Source of the DNA: Prasinococcaceae sp. CCMP 1430
Lineage: Eukaryota; Plantae; Prasinodermophyta
Reading direction: 5' to 3'
Assembly: GCA_013416795.1 (NCBI GenBank)
Contig: RQSC01000027.1
Location: 395,911 to 459,910, forward strand
DNA: 64,000 bases
This document shows, in pieces, positions 41,738-53,064 of this stretch. Every line of letters starts with the position of its first letter. The first letter of the stretch is position 1. Under the pieces are notes generated by a model. The model was not told the origin of the DNA. It did not search any database and saw only the letters and a list, made by a program, of their open reading frames with translations. The position numbers and the translations under genes were made by a program.

Positions 41738-42350
41738 GCCGACGCTCCCCCGCGCCTCCGCCCTCACCGCGCGCGCCGAGCGCGCCACCAGCCGCGCTGC
41801 CCACCGCCGCGCGCGCCAGCGGCCCGATCGCCGCCCGCGGGCCGCTCGTCACATCAAATGAACAGTCAGAGCGAAGAAGGCATCGAAATCGAAGGTGGCA
41901 AAACCACAACCAAAACAGCACGCGGCAGCAGGCACGGGCCAATCAACTTGAACGACTGTACCGTACGCGAGGTTTAGGTTAGGAATTTTGGAAATACTGT
42001 AAGGGTTAAAAGTAGGGTTAGAATGAGAGTCTTCGATCAGTCAGTCAGGAGGCATGCCCGCCCGGTCCGGTCCGCGCCGCTTGGCCCTATCCCTTCCTGG
42101 GCGCGCTCGTGCTCCTCCGCCCCTGCGGCGCGCGCGCGGCGCGCGGTGCGGAGGGGCGTTTCGATGGGGTCGCCCGTCGCGCGCACGCGCGGCCGCGAGA
42201 GAGCTGCGCCGTGGCGCCCCTCCGCGCCACAGTGGCGCGCGCGCAGCGCGCTGCGCTGCGGCGAAGCGCCGCGAGGTTCTCGCGGGGGAGGGAGGGTCGC
42301 TGAGCAGCGGGTTGTGGCGCTGAGCCTGACGCGGGAGAGGCATTGGAGAG

Positions 42351-43747
42351 ATGGCGATGGTGGGATGTGCCGCGGGGGTGGGGCGCGGTCGGCGACCGGC
42401 GACCGTGCCCGCGGCTGGCCGGCCATCCGCAAGCCGCGCGGCCACGCTCGCGGGCGCGCGGCCGCAGCGGCGGCAGAAGCAGCCCAAGTCACCACGGAGC
42501 AAGGCGCCGCCGAAGGCGCCCTCGCGCGTGCAGAGGCAGGGCGCCGGCAGAGCAGCGGCGGGGAAGGGGCAGGACCCCACCGGTGGCAGTCTAGCGCGAA
42601 CGTGGGGTGCGATTTCGGCGCCGCTCGAGCCGTGGGACGTGCCGTGGGGCGGCGCGACGGTCGCGGGCGGCATGCTGGGCTGGGCGGGTTCGTTCCTGCT
42701 GGTGGGGGGCCTGGCTGTGCCCGCAGCACTGCTCGCGGCCGGCGTCGACCTGCGATCTCTCCCCGTGGAGGACAAGGCGAGCTATATTCTGCTGCTGCAG
42801 GCGGCCGAGACGGCCGCGGGTCTGCTGACGGTGTACCTCTTCGTGCGACCCAGCCTTCCGTTCGATGAGGGCAGCGACCTCCTCAAGTTCGATACCAGCG
42901 GGCCGTTATGGTCGCTTCGTGACGGCTGGGCGGGCTGGGCGGTGGGGGGATATCTTAGCTCGTTCTTGGTGCGTATGTACGGCGGCAGCGGCGGCGCTGG
43001 GCAGCGCGCTCGCTCAGCCCTCGCGGCAGTGGTACGCGGCAGCCACTAACCCTCCAGCGCGGATGCGCGTGCGCCCGCGTGTGCGCGTGTGGTGGCATGA
43101 CCGCCCGTAGGTAATTGGTGCCGTGAGCGAGGCGCTGAGCGCCGCGGGCGAAGCTGCGGACTCAGCAGCACGCGGCACCGTCGATGGTGTCCTGCCGCTG
43201 GTGGGCTCGGGCGTCGAGCCAATGGTGTGCCTGTTCCTGGTGGCAGCCGTGCTGGCGCCCGTGCTCGAGGAGACCGTGTTCAGGGTGCGTGCGCCAGCAC
43301 ACGCTTGCTCTCCCCCCCCCTTGCCCTCCCTGTTGCCCCCTCCCCTCGAGAGCGCGGTCTGCGCCGCGCGCTCGCCCGTGATAGGTACCTCGTCACGCTG
43401 CAGCGCTACGCGTGCGGGCGCTGTGAGGCGCTGCGTGGCGCTGCTGACTCTCCGGGACGAGTGCCCGCGTGAAGGGTTTCCTGCTGGCGAGCTTGACCAA
43501 GTGGATGCCGCCCGGCGCTGCGATCGCATTGTCCTCGCTCGCCTTTGGTGCCGCTCATTTTGCCCCTCGCGACTTCCCGCAGCTGGTCGCCCTCGGCTGC
43601 GTGCTGGGCTTCACGTACACGAAGAGCCGCAATCTCGCAACGCCCATGCTGATACACGGCCTATGGAATGGTGGCGTCCTGGGCCTGCTGGTGGTGCTGC
43701 AAGCGCTCGGGTACGACGTGCAGGAGCTCGTCAAGCAAGGGCTGTGA
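42351..43747 (+). CDS. CPBP/Abi (CAAX protease-like) plastid membrane protein; exons 42351-42968, 43111-43284, 43475-43747
   Basis: PWDVPW, APVLEETVFR|GFLL, FGAAH, NLATPMLIHGLWN; frame-consistent GT..AG introns. Confidence 0.88.
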
Positions 43748-44202
43748 GCCCATGGTCTGTGTCACTGCCAGGCTGTGATGCGAGCGCACGATGCGTGTGT
43801 ACACTGATTTAATGATATATTGCCGTCTGCGAATGGTCACTCGCCGCCGCGCGCGCGCAACATGCCGCCGAGCCCGCCGCCCGCCTCGGCATCGCTGGTG
43901 GCCCCCGCTTGCGCGCTCATTGGTCGGACGAAAAGCAAGAAAACCAGAGAGCCCCCACCGCACACGGCGCACGGTCAAGAGGGCGCATCTAGCGGCCGCG
44001 CGGCGGCCCTCCGGCCGTGCGGCGCGGCACCCGGCGCGGGCGCCACGGGGCTACAGCCCAGCGGTGCGACAGCGCTCGACGTGCCGCATCATCAAACGAA
44101 GATGTACAGTGGTAGTTGCATGTTGTTACCATCGGCGGTGTTCTCTAGTACTAGTATTACGTAGTCTTCTTCATATACAGTCCGTGGGGGGTGTCAAAAA
44201 AA

Positions 44203-45903
44203 TCACGCGGTCGTGACCGTGTCCAGCTGCGGCATGTTGATCGTGTCGACCTGAGGCTGCTCTTGCACACCCTGCGCATCTCCACCATCCGTCTCTGACA
44301 GGTTGGTGAAGTACGCTGTGATCTCTGCTGCGAGCTGGCCGTACTGGGCATACTCTGCAGGCACGGTCGATCGGCACACGCCCGGCAAGACGGATGCCTG
44401 CCGCGGCCGCTGCGGCGTGACGATCGCTTCGACCTGAGGCTGTTGAGTCGCAGCCGGCGCGTCCCTGCCGAGCGTCTCTGTTCCCCCCAATATGCCGCCG
44501 GCAGCGAGCGATGCGTCGAGGCCAGCATTGCTCGCGACGCTACCGTCCGCCACCCGCGGCGCCGTCACCTCCAGGGGACCATCGAGGGCATGCACGGGTC
44601 GACAGAAGGCCTCTGCCTCGATAGACATCTCGTCGAGGTCAAAGGAGGGCCCGCTTCCCGGCGGCGGGTGTGCAAAGCTCTGCCATGTGCCGTTCGTGAC
44701 ACAGCCCCGAGGCAATTGAGTCGCAGCCGGAGCGCCCCTGCCGAGCGTCTCTGTTCCCCCCAATATGCCGCCGGCAGCGAGCGATGCGTCGAGGCCAGCA
44801 TTGCTCGCGACGCTACCGTCCGCCACCCGCGGCGCCGTCACCTCCAGGGGACCATCGAGGGCATGCACGGGTCGACAGAAGGCCTCTGCCTCGATAGACA
44901 TCTCGTCGAGGTCAAAGGAGGGCCCGCTTCCCGGCGGCGGGTGTGCAAAGCTCCTCCATGTGCCGTTCGTGATGCAGTCCAGCGCAACGTACGTCCACAA
45001 CGGCACGTCCTGCTCCCCTGCAAATGCCGCGTTGCTCGCCTCTGCACCCGACATGCCGCCCCTCGCGCCAACACGCGCCTGAGTCGGGCGCTCCTGTTGC
45101 CGCGCCGCCTCCTCTGTAGAGGGATGCGTCGATGACACGGTTTCCTGGCCGAGGATCGCGATGGTCGGGGGAGCGGGGACCGCTTCGGCAGCGGGGACGA
45201 CCTCGCCAGTGGTCTTCTGCTTCTTGCGCGCACCGCTCCGTCCGCCTGGCTTCTTGGCCCTCAGGCCAGCCGGTCCAGATGCTGTCAGGGGCATTGGGTC
45301 ACCACCGCGCCTCGCGTGCATGCGCTTGCGTGTCGCGCTTGTGTGGCACTTGATGGGCCCATTGAAGCACGCGCACGCTTGCGCGCAGCGCAAGCACAGG
45401 CCGGGCCCCTTGCCCCCAGGTCGTCCCCGGGTGGACCCCGCTGACGCAGGCGGCCTTGCTGTGCCTCCTTGCGCGCCCTCGATGGCCTCGCCGCGCGCGC
45501 TCTGCGCATCGCGAAAGCGGATCTCTTCGATGCGCGCAGCCATGGCGCGCTCCGCGGACCCCTCGGGAGTCTGTGCCGCGTCGCGCAGGAAGTTGGCCAC
45601 GCGGTTGCTGCAGTCATGCGTGTGGTAGCCGATCCCGCAGAGATCGCACGCAACGACCTTCCGGTGGCCCTTGGAGACCTGGCCGCACGCGTGGCACGTG
45701 AGCATCCGCCCCCCCGCCGCCCTTTGCGTGGCCCCTTTGCCGCGGCGGATTTTTATGCTCGCTGCGCCCCCGTCGGTCGGGGTCACCACGAAGTCACCAC
45801 TGGGCAGCGGCGCATCATCGCCGCCGTCGGCCGCGACGGTCGCCAAGCGGTCCTGCTGCGTGCCCTCAACCAGGGCTCGGCGGAGCGGCGCGCGCGCGGA
45901 CAT
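44203..45903 (-). CDS. Cys-rich zinc-finger protein (zf-4CXXC_R1/PHD-like) with tandem 91-aa duplication; 5' uncertain near gap
   Basis: CHACGQ, CDLC, YHTHDC, CLRCAQACAC..KC; basic NLS-like RKKQK. Confidence 0.6.
   Translation of the reverse strand: MSARAPLRRALVEGTQQDRLATVAADGGDDAPLPSGDFVVTPTDGGAASIKIRRGKGATQRAAGGRMLTCHACGQVSKGHRKVVACDLCGIGYHTHDCSNRVANFLRDAAQTPEGSAERAMAARIEEIRFRDAQSARGEAIEGAQGGTARPPASAGSTRGRPGGKGPGLCLRCAQACACFNGPIKCHTSATRKRMHARRGGDPMPLTASGPAGLRAKKPGGRSGARKKQKTTGEVVPAAEAVPAPPTIAILGQETVSSTHPSTEEAARQQERPTQARVGARGGMSGAEASNAAFAGEQDVPLWTYVALDCITNGTWRSFAHPPPGSGPSFDLDEMSIEAEAFCRPVHALDGPLEVTAPRVADGSVASNAGLDASLAAGGILGGTETLGRGAPAATQLPRGCVTNGTWQSFAHPPPGSGPSFDLDEMSIEAEAFCRPVHALDGPLEVTAPRVADGSVASNAGLDASLAAGGILGGTETLGRDAPAATQQPQVEAIVTPQRPRQASVLPGVCRSTVPAEYAQYGQLAAEITAYFTNLSETDGGDAQGVQEQPQVDTINMPQLDTVTTA
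44436..44981. repeat. Near-identical tandem duplication, period 273 bp, in frame within CDS
   Basis: TTGAGTCGCAGCCGG at 44443 and 44716; near-identity over most of the unit. Confidence 0.95.
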
Positions 45904-46929
45904 CTCGACGGCCGGGAAGTCACCGTGCGAGGGTGGCAACTCGCTCCGCTGCGCCCCGCCCCCCGCGTTGCACCGCGCGCCCCCCCGCGCCGCCGCTGGC
46001 GGGCCCCCGTGGCCGTTGCGCCAACTGCGGCGTCGCGCCACNGGGGGTGGAGGGCAGGTGAGGGGCGCGCGGGCGCGCGGTGTGGCGCCCGCGCGCGCGG
46101 CGAGTAGGGCCTGACGCCGCGTCGCCGTCGCCATCAAAACGCAATGCGCCGCCGGCGCCTCGCCGCCCTGACATGTGTGTGCGTGTTTCATTTTCTTGCG
46201 GCCGCGAGGGGCGGCGCGAGATATTTTGCGCAGCGCCCGCGCGCGCCGCGCTCGTTGCTCACTCGATTTGATATTATTTCACGGAACATTGGACGTGATC
46301 CCATCCGTTCCGGTAAAAGGCGCCACTCCGCTGAACGGGACGGCGAGTTGGTTGGAAGCGCTGGCAGGAAAAGTGGCACGGCACGGCCCTCCGTTTCGGT
46401 TCGGGACGATTTTCAACCAGGGTTGTCCCAAACGAGGGTTCTGGTTCTGGTCCTGCTTCCGCCCGGACCGGTGGACCAACCAGCAAGCGGCGGGAGTTCA
46501 CCCCGGAATCTATCGACCGATCGAGGTTGGCTTGCACGTGACCTCGCGCGTGATGTGCGCCGCTGATCTTTTCCTCGCTCGGGCATCTCTCGGCGCCCTC
46601 TTGCTTGCTGGTGGGTTGGGTGGGGCTCGCCCGACCGACCGAAGTGCGTCAGGCCGGCGGGTGGATCAACTTTGTGCGGGCCCTCGGTCGGCCGACCGGC
46701 CCTGACTGCTGACTTCTCTGATGACTGAGAACGGACCCGCGCGGATTGGATGGATACTCCCCCGTCGTCGCCGGATTTCCCGGCGGCGGCCCAGCCACAC
46801 ATTGGGCGGGGCCCGGCGCGCGGCGCGGGCTAGGAGCGGATGCGGCAGGCGCGGATGCGGACCCCACACCCGCAACAACACGGCAGCGACCAGCAGCAGC
46901 GGCAGCACCAGCAGCAGCAGCCATCGATC

Positions 46930-47670
46930 ATGAAACGTGCTCGTCCGGCGACGTGCATGTATTGCCACTCGCAAGCAGCGGTGCTTTTCTGCTGCAGCGA
47001 TGAAGCAGCACTGTGCCGGCTGTGCGATGGTATCGTCCACAGCGCCAACGACATCGTCGCCCGCCATGCGAGATGGCCTCTATGCGACAAGTGCGGCGCC
47101 AAGCCTGCAACGATGTGCGTCGCGAGCGAGTGAGCGCCGGCGCATCCTGCGAATGACCAGCGCATGTGGCGACGCACGTTTGTTGCGCCGCGGTGACCGG
47201 GCCGCCCGGTGACCCGTGCTCGCCGTGGGCGCAGGAGCGCGCGGCGGGATTCCGCAACACAGCAACGTCCGCGCACCGCTAGTAGCACGCTCCGTTTCCA
47301 TGCACGCGCACTCGCAGTGCGGCACCTCGCGCTGACGGCCATCGCCGGCGATGGATTGCGCGCTGCGAATCGCGCACGATCACGCAGGTACTGCGAAGGC
47401 GAGAGGGCAGCGCTGTGCAAGCAATGCGACCAAGAGTACCACAAGAGCAATCCGACGCTGGCAAGCCACGCGAGGCTCCCCATCGATCCTATCACTGGCG
47501 GTGACTCCTCCGGTGGTGGGCGCGATTCGCCACTATTCGCTGGCGATGCATACTACGCGGCGGTGCCGCCCCCTTCCTTGCCACAGGGGCATGGGCGCAG
47601 CGAGCATATGCAGCTGGCGCGGCAGGCATCTCTAACCGGCCTGGATGGTCTTTATCAGGTAGCAGCTCAG
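46930..47670 (+). CDS. Double B-box zinc-finger protein (CONSTANS-like/BBX); intron 47115-47387; 3' lost at gap
   Basis: CMYC..AVLFCCSDEAALCRLCD..VHSAN..ARHAR, CDKC..M|YCEGERAALCKQCD..H..N..ASHAR. Confidence 0.85.
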
Positions 47671-47742
47671 NCCCCGGGGCGCTCGGCGACGCGCTGACCC
47701 ACCCGCCGCCGCCGCCGCGCTCCGCCCGCGCTCCGATCGCAG

Positions 47743-50106
47743 GCCGAGGGCCGCGACAAGACGTACGTGGAGGACATCGAGGTCGTCCTCGAGAAGCACG
47801 TCGCCGCCTCGGTGGAACTGCTCGGCGAGGGCACCCCCGAGCAGGCGGCGTTCGAGGAGAACCTGAGGAAGGACATCACCAACCTGACGGCAATGCTCAA
47901 GGCGATGTACATCGCGGGCCAGTCCACCGAGACGTTCCTCGACTACGTGGTCGGGCACGGCGAGCTGTGGCTCGCGCAGATGTTCGCGGGGCGCGCCAAG
48001 CAGCAGGGCGCCAACGCCGAGTTCCTGGACGCGCGCGAGGTGCTCGTCGTCGAGGAGGACGACGAGATCAACTACGAAGCCTCCAACGCCAAGCTCGACC
48101 AGTGGTACGCCGAGCGCCCAGGCACCGACGTGGCGGTCATCACGGGCTTCATCGCGTCCACGCCCGAGGGCATCCCGACCACGCTCAAGCGGAACGGCTC
48201 CGACTTCTCGGCGACCATCTTCGGCGCGCTCCTGAGGGCCAAGACCGTGACCATCTGGACCGACGTGGACGGCGTGTACTCCGCCGACCCGCGCAAGGTG
48301 AACGAGGCGGTCGTGCTCGAGTCGCTGAGCTACGAGGAGGCGTGGGAGATGAGCTACTTCGGCGCCAACGTGCTGCACCCGCGCACCACACAGCCGGCGA
48401 TGCAGTACAACACCCCCGTGAAGATCCGCAACTTCTTCAACCTGGACGCTCCCGGCACCACCATCAGGACGCGCGGCGTCTGCGTGGGCCCGCACTGCAA
48501 GGACATCGAGGAGCAGTTCGTGAAGGGCTTCGCCACCATCGACGACGTGGCCATGATCAACGTGGAGGGCACCGGCATGATCGGCGTCCCCGGCGTCGCG
48601 AGCAGCGTCTTCAGCAGCGTGCGCGACGCCGGCGTGAACGTCATAATGATCAGCCAGGCCTCGTCGGAGCACTCGATCTGCTTCGCCGTCAAGAGCGAGG
48701 ACACGGAGGCCGCGAAGAACGCGGTTGAGGAGAAGATGAGCGACAAGATCAAGGCTGGCCTGGTGAAGAACGTCGAGGTGCTGCCGCGTCACGCCATCCT
48801 GGCGGCCGTGGGCGGTGGCCTGGGCAAGCACGAGGGCGTCGCGGCGACCATGTTCACCTCCCTCGCGAACGCAAACATCAACATCGTCGCCATCGCGCAG
48901 GGCGCTTCGGAGAACAACCTCACCGTGGTGGTGAACGGCGACGACTCCACGCGCGCGCTGCGCGCCGTGCACTCGCGCTTCTACCTGTCGGAGACGCCGC
49001 TCGCCGTGGGCATCGTGGGCGGCACGGGGCTCGTCGGCAGGACCCTGCTGCGCCAGCTGAAGGAGCAGAGCGCGGCGCTCCACGACGACTTCAACGTTGA
49101 CGTGCGCGTGCTGGGCATCTGCAACTCGCGCGAGATGCTCTGCAGCGACGTCGGCATCGACCTCGACTCGTGGGAGGAGGTCTTCGAGGGCAAGGACGCC
49201 GCGGACGGATCCGTCAAGAGCGACTTCAGCCCGGAGGCGTTCAACGCGAGCATCCTGAGCCCGTACATCCCCAACCGGGTCATCATCGACTGCACAGCGT
49301 CCGGGGCGGTCGCGGAGCAGTACGAGGGGTGGCTCAAGGCGGGCATCCACGTGATCACCCCAAACAAGAAGGCGAACTCCAGCGAGCAGGAGTACTACCA
49401 AAAGCTGCGCAAGATCCAGCGCGAGGGCTACACGCACTACTTCTACGAGGCCACCGTGGGCGCCGGCCTGCCCATCCTGTCGACGCTCAAGACCCTCACG
49501 GACACGGGCGACAAGGTCAAGCAGATCGAGGGCATCTTCTCGGGCACGCTGTCGTACATTTTCAACGAGTACGACCCCTCCAAGAAGTTCTCCGACATTG
49601 TCAAGCAGGCCAAGGAGCTGGGCTACACCGAGCCGGACCCGAGGGATGACCTGGACGGCATGGACGTGGCGAGGAAGGTCACCATCCTCGCTCGCGAGGC
49701 GGGAATGACCAGCATCCCGGACGCCGCGGCCCTCGAGAAGCGCTCGCTGGTGCCCGACGAGCTGAAGGACGTCAATTCGATCGAGGAGTTCATGGAGAAA
49801 CTGCCCGAGTTCGACGACCGCATCGCGGCCGAGGCGGAGGCGGCCGACGCGGCGGGTAAGGTGCTGCGCTTCGTAGGCGTGGTGGACGTTGAGAACCAGA
49901 AGGGCAGCGTGGAGCTGCGTCAGTACGACAAAAACCACCCCTTCGGATCGCTCAAGGGCTCGGACAACATCATCTCCTTCCGCACGGAGCGCTATGACGA
50001 GCAGCCGCTCATCGTGCGCGGACCCGGCGCCGGCGCCGACGTGACCGCGGGCGGCGTATTCGGCGACCTCCTGCGCCTCGCGGCGTACCTGGGCGCGCCG
50101 TCCTAG
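47743..50106 (+). CDS. Bifunctional aspartate kinase/homoserine dehydrogenase; 5' exon(s) lost at gap
   Basis: TTLKRNGSDFSA, WTDVDGVYSADPR, SYFGANVLHP, two ACT domains, GTGLVG, YEATVGAGLP, GYTEPDPRDDL, GPGAGADVTAGG. Confidence 0.96.
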   Translation, partial: AEGRDKTYVEDIEVVLEKHVAASVELLGEGTPEQAAFEENLRKDITNLTAMLKAMYIAGQSTETFLDYVVGHGELWLAQMFAGRAKQQGANAEFLDAREVLVVEEDDEINYEASNAKLDQWYAERPGTDVAVITGFIASTPEGIPTTLKRNGSDFSATIFGALLRAKTVTIWTDVDGVYSADPRKVNEAVVLESLSYEEAWEMSYFGANVLHPRTTQPAMQYNTPVKIRNFFNLDAPGTTIRTRGVCVGPHCKDIEEQFVKGFATIDDVAMINVEGTGMIGVPGVASSVFSSVRDAGVNVIMISQASSEHSICFAVKSEDTEAAKNAVEEKMSDKIKAGLVKNVEVLPRHAILAAVGGGLGKHEGVAATMFTSLANANINIVAIAQGASENNLTVVVNGDDSTRALRAVHSRFYLSETPLAVGIVGGTGLVGRTLLRQLKEQSAALHDDFNVDVRVLGICNSREMLCSDVGIDLDSWEEVFEGKDAADGSVKSDFSPEAFNASILSPYIPNRVIIDCTASGAVAEQYEGWLKAGIHVITPNKKANSSEQEYYQKLRKIQREGYTHYFYEATVGAGLPILSTLKTLTDTGDKVKQIEGIFSGTLSYIFNEYDPSKKFSDIVKQAKELGYTEPDPRDDLDGMDVARKVTILAREAGMTSIPDAAALEKRSLVPDELKDVNSIEEFMEKLPEFDDRIAAEAEAADAAGKVLRFVGVVDVENQKGSVELRQYDKNHPFGSLKGSDNIISFRTERYDEQPLIVRGPGAGADVTAGGVFGDLLRLAAYLGAPS

Positions 50107-50528
50107 ATGCGCGTCACAAGGACCTGTTCAGGGTTTCGCGCCTTTCCCCTTCGGCCCTTCCCTCTCGCAAATTAAAACTCGGGCGTCGAACTATAGCCGC
50201 GTACAGCACCCCAAAACGACGCGACCCGGGCGCATGCGCAAGCGCCGCAGCCGCGCCGTGCCACGCCCTCGGCGCGCGCTGAGCGCGCGTGGCCCTGGTT
50301 TGGACGCTGCTTCCTGCATGCTCGAATGGATGGAAAGGGGTTGGAGGGGGCTGCTCGGAGAAGACTACATCGCTGCGCTGCGCAACGCCGCGCTGCGAGC
50401 GCGCCAGCGCTTCCAGGCGGGAGCGCGGGCGTCCGACCATCTCGTCGTTGGAGAAATGGAGTGCATCTGCATCCGTGCGCTCGCCTGCCTTCGCTGGCAC
50501 GAATCGGCTTCGCGTCCCGCGATGCGCT

Positions 50529-51848
50529 TCAGCCCAGTGTCTTCTGATGGCACTTCCAGCCGGTGGCGGGGTTTGCCGGCGCGCGCCTGGACGCGTTGAA
50601 TGTGGTAGTGTTGCAGCGCTCGTCGAGGCGCGCCACAGTCGCCAGCGTGCCCCACGGCTTCTTCTCCTGCTCGGGCCCGTCCGAACACTCCAGGAAATGG
50701 TAGAGCGCCTGGTAGCCCGCGTCAAGGCGCCGGCCCATCTCGGCCCACACTCCGCACGGCACGCTTCGACTCCCCTTTGGCGCACCCCGTAACCCGGGGA
50801 GCTTTCGTAACCTGGTTTCCACGTCGCCGCGCGCGCCGATGTCGTCGCGGCCCCCGACACCCCCACTGACGCCGCCAGCGGCCGGCGAAATGCTCGCGCG
50901 CCACTCGTCCCCGCGCAACCCAAGGAAGCCCGAAATTCTCGCCAGCGCACTGGTTGGGTCCTCCATGAGCTCCTCGAAGTTTAGCACCAGCACCTTCTCG
51001 CGGCCGAAGGCCTCCACCCAACGTCTGATGCCGTCGAGGTGCGACCAGATGTGATTGTCGCCGACGCCAGCCACGGGGTTGAAGACGTTGCGGCGCTTGA
51101 GCGAGGCGAACATCCGGCTCGCGTACCGCTTGTATGCCATGCGGCCAACGCCCTGGCGCATGAGCGTGACGTTGGTTTCCCTAGGAAAGATGGCCTTGCA
51201 CCTGCCGCGCGAGGGATCGCTTTTCATGTTGCAGGCGCTCACGAGGTCGTTGTAGTCGAGGAGGTCGCGCTCGGCGGACTCGCGGATAACGACGATCACC
51301 TTGGCGTCGCGCCGCACGTTGGGTGGCAGCATCCGCGCGGCGCGGTTGGCGGCGGGGGGGTTCGTCAGGTAGGTCGTGGAAGCATCGAATCGCGGCTGGC
51401 GCCTGTCGCAGCTGCTGAAGTGAGCGAGGTATGGCTCGGCTCCCTTGGCGAACGCCTTCCCGTTGTTGAAGAAGTCCGGCGCTATGTTCCTGCCCGTAAT
51501 GAACTTCTTGCCCGTCGCTGGGTCAATCCCCCCGGGCCTGCAGAAGCCCTGCTGCCAGAGCCAGTCTGCGATGGATGGGATGCCGCCTATCTGCACGCCG
51601 ATGAGGAACACGTGCGGCCAGCGCGCGTCTTCTCTATCGAGCCTGGCGCGATGCAAAGCGAGCGGGCTCCCCGGGGCCAGGCGCGTTTGTGCGCCCTTGC
51701 CCTGCTGTTGCGGCGCGCGCGGCACGAGCGAGTGCACCGCTGCCCCCACGAGCAGCATCGCGGCCGCGACGATCGCGATCATGCGGGAGCGCGAGCCGGG
51801 TGCAGCGCCTGCAGCACGCGGGCCGTCGTGCTTCGTCGGGCCGCGCAT
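50529..51848 (-). CDS. Golgi-type sulfotransferase-fold protein (HS-sulfotransferase-like) with degenerate PAPS motifs
   Basis: N-terminal TM, PHVFLIGVQIGG, DASTTYL, AKVIVVIRE, RWVEAFGREKVLVLNFEEL..DP..FLGL. Confidence 0.7.
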   Translation of the reverse strand: MRGPTKHDGPRAAGAAPGSRSRMIAIVAAAMLLVGAAVHSLVPRAPQQQGKGAQTRLAPGSPLALHRARLDREDARWPHVFLIGVQIGGIPSIADWLWQQGFCRPGGIDPATGKKFITGRNIAPDFFNNGKAFAKGAEPYLAHFSSCDRRQPRFDASTTYLTNPPAANRAARMLPPNVRRDAKVIVVIRESAERDLLDYNDLVSACNMKSDPSRGRCKAIFPRETNVTLMRQGVGRMAYKRYASRMFASLKRRNVFNPVAGVGDNHIWSHLDGIRRWVEAFGREKVLVLNFEELMEDPTSALARISGFLGLRGDEWRASISPAAGGVSGGVGGRDDIGARGDVETRLRKLPGLRGAPKGSRSVPCGVWAEMGRRLDAGYQALYHFLECSDGPEQEKKPWGTLATVARLDERCNTTTFNASRRAPANPATGWKCHQKTLG

Positions 51849-52759
51849 CGCACAACTCAAGGCGCGCCCGCCGAGCTGGCGGCCGGCGTCGGCGGGGCGC
51901 CCTCAGCGGCTGTGCGGACGCGCGCCCCCCAATCACCGCCCCGCCCACCCACCCACGCGCGCGCTCGCGGCTGCCGCNNNNNNNNNNNNNNNNNNNNNNN
52001 NNNNNNNNNNNNNNNNNNNNNNNNNNNNNNNNNNNNNNNNNNNNNNNNNNNNNNNNNNNNNNNNNNNNNNNNNNNNNNNNNNNNNNNNNNNNNNNNNNNN
52101 NNNNNNNNNNNNNNNNNNNNNNNNNNNNNNNNNNNNNNNNNNNNNNNNNNNNNNNNNNNNNNNNNNNNNNNNNNNNNNNNNNNNNNNNNNNNNNNNNNNN
52201 NNNNNNNNNNNNNNNNNNNNNNNNNNNNNNNNNNNNNNNNNNNNNNNNNNNNNNNNNNNNNNNNNNNNNNNNNNNNNNNNNNNNNNNNNNNNNNNNNNNN
52301 NNNNNNNNNNNNNNNNNNNNNNNNNNNNNNNNNNTCGCGCGCGCGCGCGCCCCTGATGGACGGGCTGGGCTCTCTGGCCGGCGCGCGATCCACTCCGCCG
52401 GCTGGGGCCCCTGCGGCTCCGCGGGCCCGCGCGCGCGCGCGCAAACGGACGGGCATCAAAGCATAAAAAAGAAAAAAAGAGGTGTGGGTTGCGGGGATGA
52501 GAATTCGGAGGCGGTGCGAAACCGGCGGGCGTCGCGCGCGGCGCAAGGCGACCCGATGGCCTCGGCCGGGGGGAAGCCGGGGCGAAAGCGGGGGCGTTTT
52601 TTTTTGCCGTTGTTGGCCGGCGCGCGCGCGCTGCGCCTCCCAAAGTCCCCCTCCCCCCACCGCGCGCGCGCGCGGGGCAGNGGCACTATGAAGCACGCGC
52701 GGGGTCGGGTGTGCAGGTGGGCACAGGCTAGTGCGGCACGCCAGCCCTCCCGCGCGCGC

Positions 52760-53049
52760 GCCCGTCGAGTACTCGCACAGCGCACCTTGGGCGCCCGCCC
52801 GCGGAACACGTCCCAACACTTGATGGAGCCCCCACCACAGCCATACACGGTGCGGCCGTCAGCGGAGAGCGCCAGCGAGCCGCTGGCCGAGGAATGCGCC
52901 TCCGCGCCCTCATAGTGGACGTGGGCGTGGCGGCCGCTCCACAGGTCCCACAGCCGGAGGGAGGCATCGCCTCCAGTGCTGCACGCGCGAGGTAGCGCGT
53001 TAGCGTGGATGCTCACACTACGCGGCGCGGTCCCTCCGGGAAGCGGCAT
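52760..53049 (-). CDS. WD40-repeat gene fragment
   Basis: STGGDASLRLWDL and LALSADGRTVYGCGGGSIKCWDV; lies next to a gap, boundaries uncertain. Confidence 0.55.
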
Positions 53050-53064
53050 CGCAAGGCCGCGCAC

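Noticed and set aside
47632-49938. 768-aa minus-strand ORF
   Set aside because: Antisense shadow of AK-HSDH caused by strong GC3 codon bias; no recognisable motifs. The same applies to 25691-28201, 40391-41977, 30733-31959 and most ORFs in the track.
46930-50106. Apparent B-box plus AK-HSDH fusion
   Set aside because: The N at 47671 is a contig join; both genes are simply truncated there.
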